Shown here in pieces: positions 57,477 through 64,000 of a DNA stretch of 64,000 nt. Within the stretch, counting starts at the first letter, position 1. Each line of letters begins with the position of its first letter. A model generated the notes under the pieces. The model was not told the DNA's origin, searched no databases, and worked only from the letters and a program-made list of their open reading frames with translations. Made by a program: the position numbers and the translations under genes. Source of the stretch: Nitrospinales bacterium (GTDB lineage Bacteria; Nitrospinota; Nitrospinia; Nitrospinales; VA-1); the NCBI GenBank assembly GCA_965223345.1, contig CBDCWG010000012.1, forward strand, positions 704,001 through 768,000, read 5' to 3'.

Positions 57477-58232
57477 TTGACGGATGCGAATTTGAAAGAC
57501 CAGATTGATCCCAACCGCCTTCCGCGCCATATCGCCATCATCATGGACGGAAACGGACGCTGGGCGCGGAACAACCGCCGGCCTCGTGTGGAAGGACACC
57601 GCGAGGGGGTCAAAGCGGTGGACCGGATGGTCACGCTGTGCCGCAAGATGAATATCGAGGCGCTCACGCTGTATGCGTTTTCGGACGAGAACTGGAACCG
57701 GCCGCTGGGCGAGATCAGCGCGCTCATGAAGATCCTCGATTTTTATCTCAAAAAAGAACTGGTGCGGATGCAAAACGAGAACATCCGTTTCAACACCATC
57801 GGCCGCATCGAAGAACTTCCTCCCGAAATCCAGAAAATCGTCCGCAATGCGGAAGAGGTCACCCGGCAAAATGACGGCATGACCCTGACTCTGGCGCTTA
57901 GCTACGGCGGCCGGCAGGAAATTCTTTCCGCGGTGAAGGAAATCGCCGGAAAAGTGCAGGCCGGTTTTCTCCAGGTGGAGGACATCGATCCCCAGTTGTT
58001 CGAATCCTTTCTTTCCACCCACCCTCTTCCCGATCCCGATCTGTTGATTCGAACCAGCGGTGAATTGAGGATCAGCAATTTTCTTTTGTACCAGATCGCC
58101 TACACGGAACTGCACTACACTTCGGTTTTGTGGCCGGATTTTTCCGAAGACGATTTGTTTCGTGCGCTCATCGACTACCAAAAACGGGAAAGACGATTTG
58201 GGCGCACCCGGGAACAAATCGTCAAGGTGTGA
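57477..58232 (+). CDS. uppS: Undecaprenyl diphosphate synthase
   Basis: HIAIIMDGNGRWA, FSDENWNRP, SYGGR, RTSGELRISNFL; TTG behind AGGAG. Confidence 0.95.
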   Translation: MTDANLKDQIDPNRLPRHIAIIMDGNGRWARNNRRPRVEGHREGVKAVDRMVTLCRKMNIEALTLYAFSDENWNRPLGEISALMKILDFYLKKELVRMQNENIRFNTIGRIEELPPEIQKIVRNAEEVTRQNDGMTLTLALSYGGRQEILSAVKEIAGKVQAGFLQVEDIDPQLFESFLSTHPLPDPDLLIRTSGELRISNFLLYQIAYTELHYTSVLWPDFSEDDLFRALIDYQKRERRFGRTREQIVKV

Positions 58233-58377
58233 GCCTGAGGATGCGGCCGCGTTGGATGCTTTTTCTGGCAAGCGGTCGTGAGGAAGCCCCTTGCGGCGGT
58301 GAAACCGGAGATCGCCGCCCATCCATAACAACTCTTTCAGCCCTTTCCGCTTTTTTCTCCCCAATGAGGTCGTTCTC

Positions 58378-59166
58378 TTGAAACGCGTTCTGAGCGCAGT
58401 CGTTTGCATACCCATCGTTTTGGGGATCGTTCTTTATGGTTCTTCCGAATGGTTTCTGCTGCTTGTGGTGCTCGCTGTGGGCGCCGGGGTGTACGAGTAT
58501 TTTTCCATGATCGCCAAAACGGGCGTAGAGGGTTTTCCGGTGCTGGGCGGGATTTTGAGCGCCCTTCTGATTTTTTGTTTTTATTTCGGCGGAATTTATT
58601 TTTTGGAGTGGGGCGTTTTGGCCTGCGTCTCTTTGTTTCTGGCCTGGATCGTTTGCGAAAAAAATGTCAAAGTGGCCGTCGATCAAATTGCATACACGCT
58701 GCTCGGTGTTTTTTATGTGGCCGGGCTTTCGGGTTATTTTTTGCTCATCCGGCAAATGGAAAATGGCCGATTCTGGCTTCTGTTTCTTTTCGCGATCATC
58801 TGGCTGGGCGATACGGCTGCTTATTATGGAGGCCGCTGGTGGGGACGTCGCACACTCGCCCCTTCGGTCAGCCCCAATAAAACTCTGGAAGGGGCTTTTT
58901 TCGGATTGTTGGGATCTCTATTGGGAGCGTTGATCGCGCATTTTGTGTTTTTGCAGTCGATTTCTTTATTCCATTGTTTGCTTGCAGGTGGCATTTGCGG
59001 TATGATCGGACAAATCGGAGATTTGGCCGAATCGTTGTTGAAGCGCAATGCTGGAGTGAAGGATTCCAGCGGGCTGATTCCGGGACACGGAGGAGTTCTG
59101 GACCGCATCGACAGTTTGTTGTTTGCCGGTCCAGTGTTTTATATCTATCACAAACTCTTTATATAG
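58378..59166 (+). CDS. cdsA: Phosphatidate cytidylyltransferase
   Basis: SPNKTLEG, GDLAESLLKR..GVKDS..IPGHGGVLDRIDS. Confidence 0.96.
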   Translation: MKRVLSAVVCIPIVLGIVLYGSSEWFLLLVVLAVGAGVYEYFSMIAKTGVEGFPVLGGILSALLIFCFYFGGIYFLEWGVLACVSLFLAWIVCEKNVKVAVDQIAYTLLGVFYVAGLSGYFLLIRQMENGRFWLLFLFAIIWLGDTAAYYGGRWWGRRTLAPSVSPNKTLEGAFFGLLGSLLGALIAHFVFLQSISLFHCLLAGGICGMIGQIGDLAESLLKRNAGVKDSSGLIPGHGGVLDRIDSLLFAGPVFYIYHKLFI

Positions 59167-59260
59167 GGACTCTCTTTCGTTTCCCGTTCGTGGTTTTTCG
59201 CAGCGTGCCCTCCAGGTTGCGTGATTGAATTCAATCTAAAATTCTAATAGAGCCTTCCTT

Positions 59261-60412
59261 ATGAAGAGAATTTCCCTTTTGGGGTCCACCGGTTCCATCG
59301 GTGTGAATACTCTCGATGTCGTGGCGCGCAGTCCCGAGAAGTTTGAGGTGTGTGGCCTTTCCGCGGGAAGCAACGTGGAACTTCTGGCCCGGCAGGTGCA
59401 GCGGTTTCGGCCTAAAGTGGTTTCGGTCTTCGATGCGAGTAAACTTCCCGAGTTGAAAAAAATGCTCGCGGGTCAGAATGTGGAGCTGCTTTGTGGTGAT
59501 GCCGGTTCGATTGCGGTGGCCACGCATCCGGACGCGGACCTGGTGGTTTCCGGGATCGTCGGCAGCGCGGGGTTGGTGCCCACGCTCGCTGCTGTTGAAG
59601 CGGGCAAAAACCTGGCGCTGGCGAACAAGGAAACGCTGGTCATTGCGGGAGAGCTGGTTTGCGGCAAGTTGAAGGACCGTGCGTCGCTGATTCCGATCGA
59701 CAGCGAGCACAGCGCAATCTTTCAGGCTCTCAATGGCGAGAAAAAGGAACGAATCAAAAAAATCATCCTGACAGGTTCCGGCGGACCGTTTCGCACGTTT
59801 TCGAAAGAGCAGATGGAGCATGTCACGGTGCAGCAGGCGCTCAATCATCCCAACTGGTCGATGGGCAATAAAATCACGATCGACTCGGCGACCATGATGA
59901 ACAAGGGGCTCGAGTACATCGAAGCGAAATGGCTGTTCGGGCTGGATGTGGATGTGGACATCATCGTGCACGCCCAAAGCATCATTCATTCGATGATCGA
60001 ATTTGTGGACACCTCCATCATCGCTCAAATGGGCATCCCAGATATGCGCGTTCCCATTGCGTATGCGCTCTCCTTCCCCGACCGGTTGGACACGCAGCTC
60101 CCCTCGCTCAACTTCTCGAAAATAGCCCACCTCACGTTTGAGGCCCCCGATTTTGAGAAATTCCCCTGTCTCAAGCTCGCCATCGACGCGCTTGAAATGG
60201 GCAAGACCATGCCGGCGGTGTTGAACGCGGCCAACGAGGTGGCGGTTCAGGCGTTTCTGGATGAGCTGATTCCGTTCAAGGACATTCCGGAGATCATTCG
60301 CACGGCGATGGACAACCACGAATGCTTCCCCGTAACGTGCCTGGAGGATGTGATCGAGGCGGACCGGTGGGCGCGGGATGAAGCCCGCAAACTGGCGACC
60401 GTCCTGCATTGA
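59261..60412 (+). CDS. dxr: 1-deoxy-D-xylulose-5-phosphate reductoisomerase
   Basis: LGSTGSIG, LANKE, PIDSEHSA, HPNWSMG.KITIDSATM.NKGLE. Confidence 0.98.
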   Translation: MKRISLLGSTGSIGVNTLDVVARSPEKFEVCGLSAGSNVELLARQVQRFRPKVVSVFDASKLPELKKMLAGQNVELLCGDAGSIAVATHPDADLVVSGIVGSAGLVPTLAAVEAGKNLALANKETLVIAGELVCGKLKDRASLIPIDSEHSAIFQALNGEKKERIKKIILTGSGGPFRTFSKEQMEHVTVQQALNHPNWSMGNKITIDSATMMNKGLEYIEAKWLFGLDVDVDIIVHAQSIIHSMIEFVDTSIIAQMGIPDMRVPIAYALSFPDRLDTQLPSLNFSKIAHLTFEAPDFEKFPCLKLAIDALEMGKTMPAVLNAANEVAVQAFLDELIPFKDIPEIIRTAMDNHECFPVTCLEDVIEADRWARDEARKLATVLH

Positions 60413-60477
60413 CCCCGCTTGTTCCTAACGCCTTTCACGGGTTTGAATTTCTGATTTTGAATTTCTGATGTGGATCG

Positions 60478-60972
60478 ATGTATCGAATCGGTAACGGCTA
60501 CGACGTTCACCGTCTGGTTGAAGGCCGGGAGCTGATCCTGGGCGGGGTGACCATCCCGCATTCCCTGGGACTTCTGGGCCACTCGGATGCGGATGCGCTG
60601 ATGCATGCCGTCTGCGATGCGCTGTTGGGCGCCGCGGGTGCGGGGGACATCGGCACGCATTTCCCCAGCACGGACCCGCAATGGAAGGATGTTGCCAGCC
60701 GCGTGTTTCTCGAGGAAAGCGGGCGCATCTGCGGCGACCGGGGTTATGAAATCGCCAACGTCGATGCGACCATCGTGGCGCAAAAGCCGAAGATCGCGCC
60801 CTTCATCGCAGCGATGCAGCAGAACATTGCCGAATCCCTCAAACTGGATCCGGACCGGATCAACATCAAGGCCACCACCACCGAGAAACTGGGCTATGTC
60901 GGGCGCGAAGAGGGGATCGCCTGTTATGCGGTCGCCCTCTTGATGAAGACACCGCCCGACGACCCTTCCTGA
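60478..60972 (+). CDS. ispF: 2-C-methyl-D-erythritol 2,4-cyclodiphosphate synthase
   Basis: [31 protein letters not shown]. Confidence 0.97.
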   Translation: MYRIGNGYDVHRLVEGRELILGGVTIPHSLGLLGHSDADALMHAVCDALLGAAGAGDIGTHFPSTDPQWKDVASRVFLEESGRICGDRGYEIANVDATIVAQKPKIAPFIAAMQQNIAESLKLDPDRINIKATTTEKLGYVGREEGIACYAVALLMKTPPDDPS

Positions 60973-61432
60973 TCGAGCGCAGGAAACGCAAACCCCACGG
61001 GTTGACCCGCTTTTCCACTCAAAAATTCCATTCGACGCTTCCCGGCAATCGCGGGATTCGGTGGCCACGGCGTTGTTTATCAACCTCTTATGGGGCTGCT
61101 GCTGCTCTGCCCCGGCCCGGATGCGAGGATGGGGCGCCGAAACGGGAACCCCGGCCCGGTGCCGGCGAGATCGCTCTCTTGGAAACCCCTGTATTTAAAC
61201 GGGTTTTATGGCTTTTGGGCGTCCTTTGGGTTTGCGGGCTTTTGCGGGTTTTTCTCTTTCTTTGCGGGGGGTTGTGTGCTAGATTAAGCGACTTTCCGGT
61301 TTAATTCCGACTTTGATATCTTAAGCTGCTGGTTTCAATACCCGGATCACACAATGGACAGTCTCTTTTGTTGCTTATGATTTCATCCCTCCTCTGGATC
61401 GGATAACTTGATTCCCCTCAATTTTTATTGGA

Positions 61433-62683
61433 ATGAATGAGCAGGTAAACCCTGAACAACGTGTTGTCATCACAGGGATTGGGCTCACCGCCCCAAACGG
61501 CAACAATCTTTTGGAATTCAGGAAGAGCCTGCTTCAGGGGAAATCCGGGGTGCAGCGGTTCGAAACCCGATTCATGGGGGAGGTGCTGGCGGGGGTTTGC
61601 GATTTTGATGAGTTGAAGTACCAGAAAAGGAAAGAGCGCCGCCGCGGGACGCGTGCGGGTTCGGTTTCGATCTATTGCGCGAACGAGGCGTTTCAGGATG
61701 CGGGCCTCGATCTGGAGCGCATCGACCGTTCCCGCGTGGGGGTGTACATCGGGGTGACCGAACACGGGAATGTGGAGACCGAGAACGAGGTCCACAATAT
61801 CAGTCAGTACGATTACGACACCAAGTTCTGGTCGCACCACCACAACCCGCGGACTGTGGCCAACAACCCCGCAGGCGAAGTGACCCTCAACATGAAAATC
61901 ACCGGCCCGCACTACACGGTGGGAGCGGCGTGTGCGGCGGGGAACATGGGGGTCATTCAGGGAGTTCAGATGCTCAGGCTGGGGGAAGTGGACTTGGCCC
62001 TGGCGGGGGGTATTTCCGAAAGCATTCATACGTTTGGTATTTTCGCGAGCTTCAACAGCGAGGGGGCGCTGGCGAGTCATGCCGACCCCACCAAGGCGAG
62101 CCGTCCCTTCGACCTGGACCGCAACGGTATCGTCTGTTCCGAAGGGGGCTGCATCTACACATTGGAGCGCCTGGCCGATGCGGAGGCGCGGGGCGCCAAA
62201 ATTTATGGAGAGATCGTCGGCTACGCGATCAATTCCGACGCGCACGATTTCATACTGCCGGAACCGGTTCGTCAGGCCGAATGCATCCGGCTGGCGCTTC
62301 GAAACGCCGGCCTGCAAGCCGGGGACATGGACATTCTGAATTCGCACGCGACCGCCACCAAGCTGGGGGACATTCAGGAATGCAAAGCGATCAACGATGT
62401 GTTCGGGCAGGAAAAAGGAGTCTGGATCAACAACACAAAAAGTTTTATCGGACACACGATGGGAGCCGCAGGCACGCTGGAATTATCGGGGAATCTCCCG
62501 GCGTTTGAGGATGGTTGGGTGCATCCCACCATCAATCTGGACACGCCGGACCCCGAATGCCACCTGGACAATCTGGTGACCGGGGAGCCGAAAAAACTGG
62601 ACCGGGTGGATCACATCATGAACAATTCATTCGGCATGTTCGGCATCAATTCGGTGCTCATCGTCAAGCGGTTCGAGACCTAG
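61433..62683 (+). CDS. Beta-ketoacyl-ACP synthase (FabF/FabB family)
   Basis: RVVITGIG, GAACAAG (Cys), SRPFD..RNG, NSHATAT (His), TKSFIGHTMG (His), NSFG.FG. Confidence 0.93.
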   Translation: MNEQVNPEQRVVITGIGLTAPNGNNLLEFRKSLLQGKSGVQRFETRFMGEVLAGVCDFDELKYQKRKERRRGTRAGSVSIYCANEAFQDAGLDLERIDRSRVGVYIGVTEHGNVETENEVHNISQYDYDTKFWSHHHNPRTVANNPAGEVTLNMKITGPHYTVGAACAAGNMGVIQGVQMLRLGEVDLALAGGISESIHTFGIFASFNSEGALASHADPTKASRPFDLDRNGIVCSEGGCIYTLERLADAEARGAKIYGEIVGYAINSDAHDFILPEPVRQAECIRLALRNAGLQAGDMDILNSHATATKLGDIQECKAINDVFGQEKGVWINNTKSFIGHTMGAAGTLELSGNLPAFEDGWVHPTINLDTPDPECHLDNLVTGEPKKLDRVDHIMNNSFGMFGINSVLIVKRFET

Positions 62684-62740
62684 TTTGCGGTTGAAATTTG
62701 CATACATTTTACCTAGAATCAAAATCTTAGGAGGAAACTG

Positions 62741-63004
62741 ATGACCGGAGAAGAAGTCAGAAGGGCCATTGTCGAGATTCTCGCCGATATCGCTCCTGAT
62801 GAGGATGTGAGTTCCATCAGCGATGATGTGAAGCTGCGCGACCAGATCGACCTGGACTCCATGGATTTTCTCGACATCGTGATGGAGCTTCGCAAGCGTT
62901 TCAATATTGAGGTGCCTGAAAAGGATTACGAGCAGCTCGCCACCATGTCGAGTTGCGTCACCTACCTTCAGCCTCTCTTGAAGGACCGGCAATTGGCAGG
63001 GTAG
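62741..63004 (+). CDS. Acyl carrier protein
   Basis: Acidic 87-aa protein, DLDSMDFLDIV phosphopantetheine motif, AGGAGG RBS. Confidence 0.92.
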   Translation: MTGEEVRRAIVEILADIAPDEDVSSISDDVKLRDQIDLDSMDFLDIVMELRKRFNIEVPEKDYEQLATMSSCVTYLQPLLKDRQLAG

Positions 63005-63066
63005 CCTGGATTCAGTGCTTGCTTGCGGTTGCCTCCGCTGGATCGATTTCACCGAATTTGCAGAAT

Positions 63067-63101
63067 AAACCCCCCGCGTCAGCGGCCGGGGTTTGTTTTT
63101 T
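63067..63101 (+). terminator. Possible intrinsic terminator/attenuator after the ACP gene
   Basis: AAACCCC...GGGGTTT hairpin followed by a T-run. Confidence 0.5.
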
Positions 63102-63242
63102 CCGCAATCCCCCTCTCCCTCAAGACTCCTTCCAGCCGTTCACACACCCTCAGGCTGTGAAATCAAGTATACTCGCGTTTTCATTTTTGTATGGAAACGG
63201 TGAGTGCAAGTCGGCGCGTGAACGCGCCGCGTTTCAATCATT

Positions 63243-64000
63243 ATGGTTTACGACGCATTGATCATCGGTTCGGGGCTGTCCGGCCTAGCTGCGGGAATCC
63301 GGCTGGCGCTTTTCGACAAAAAGGTATGCATCGTTGAAAAGCATACGGTTGTGGGTGGCTTGAATTCTTTTTACACCCGCAAGCACCGCACGTTCGACGT
63401 CGGTTTGCACGCCATGACCAATTTCTCACCCAAAGGCGTACGCACGTCCCCGCTCGGCAAGCTGCTGAAGCAGCTGCGTCTTAGACACGAGGATTTCCGG
63501 TTGTGTCCGCAGCACATGTCGGAGATCCGCTTCCCGGAAAAATCCCTCCGCTTCACCAACGAGTTTGAGTTTTTAAAACAGGAAGTCGCCGAAAACTTTC
63601 CCGATCAGATCGACGGCTTCATCAAGCTGGTCGAAACGATTCGATCCTTCGATGAAATTTCCCTGAGCGGCGACACCCGCACTTCCGCCCTTTCGGTGCT
63701 TAAGAGTTGTCTGTCGGACCCGGTGCTCATCGATATGCTGTGCTGTCCGCTCATGTATTACGGCAACGCACGGGAAGGGGACATGGATTTTTACCAGTTC
63801 GTGATTCTGTTCAAGAGCATCTTCATGGAAGGCTTCGCCAAGCCAGAGGGCGGCATGCACTTTATCCTGAATCTGCTGGTGGAGAAATACCGGGATCTGG
63901 GCGGGGAGTTGAGGATGGGGGCCGAAGTCGAAACTTTGGAGGTGGATGCAGCGGGGGTGCGTGCGGTGTGTCTGGCCGGAGGAGAATCGATCCGGGCCAA
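63243..64000 (+). CDS. Phytoene-desaturase-like FAD-dependent oxidoreductase (truncated by the window end)
   Basis: Not in the ORF track; ATG 63243 gives MVYDALIIGSGLSGLAAG...EKH..VGG..FDVGLHA...AKPEGG, open to the window edge. Confidence 0.85.
   Translation, partial: MVYDALIIGSGLSGLAAGIRLALFDKKVCIVEKHTVVGGLNSFYTRKHRTFDVGLHAMTNFSPKGVRTSPLGKLLKQLRLRHEDFRLCPQHMSEIRFPEKSLRFTNEFEFLKQEVAENFPDQIDGFIKLVETIRSFDEISLSGDTRTSALSVLKSCLSDPVLIDMLCCPLMYYGNAREGDMDFYQFVILFKSIFMEGFAKPEGGMHFILNLLVEKYRDLGGELRMGAEVETLEVDAAGVRAVCLAGGESIRA

Noticed and set aside
58233..58377. GC-rich spacers between uppS and cdsA (and between rpsB and tsf at 55312-55490) as structured RNAs
   Set aside because: Only short hairpins were seen, with no family signature that I can support

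Overview
Moderately GC-rich bacterial chromosomal segment with AT-rich intergenic regions. Gene content and order resemble Nitrospinota/Desulfobacterota, but that is inference and cannot be settled from this window. From left to right it holds: two tandem paralogous secreted proteins, divergent from a type IV pilus operon (TPR lipoprotein, RodZ-like, pilT, pilT/pilU, Zn-ribbon, cNMP-binding protein, pilC, pilS-like kinase, FGE-fold lipoprotein); a sigma54-driven fliK-flgD-flgE operon plus a Maf-type gene; an accessory stretch (EndA-like nuclease, two pentapeptide-repeat proteins, a His/Arg/Gly-rich secreted protein, a winged-helix regulator, a saccharopine/lysine dehydrogenase); a glycan cluster preceded by a CRP box (GH-A+GT2 fusion, ABC exporter, GT, YdjC deacetylase, acyltransferase-3); lpxR and tRNA-Leu(CAA); three tandem TMTC-like membrane/TPR proteins; a GAF sigma54 activator; folD-xseA-[caspase/repeat/2xFGE protein]-xseB-tlyA (frameshifted in an A9 run)-dcd; a degenerate HD-GYP protein, gpmA, recN, mlaC-like, rimO and pfkA; rpsB-tsf-pyrH-frr-uppS-cdsA-dxr-ispF; and the start of a fabF-acp-phytoene-desaturase-like lipid cluster cut by the window end. 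No integrase, transposase, reverse transcriptase, CRISPR array or rRNA was seen. Product calls come from motif recognition by eye, not database searches.
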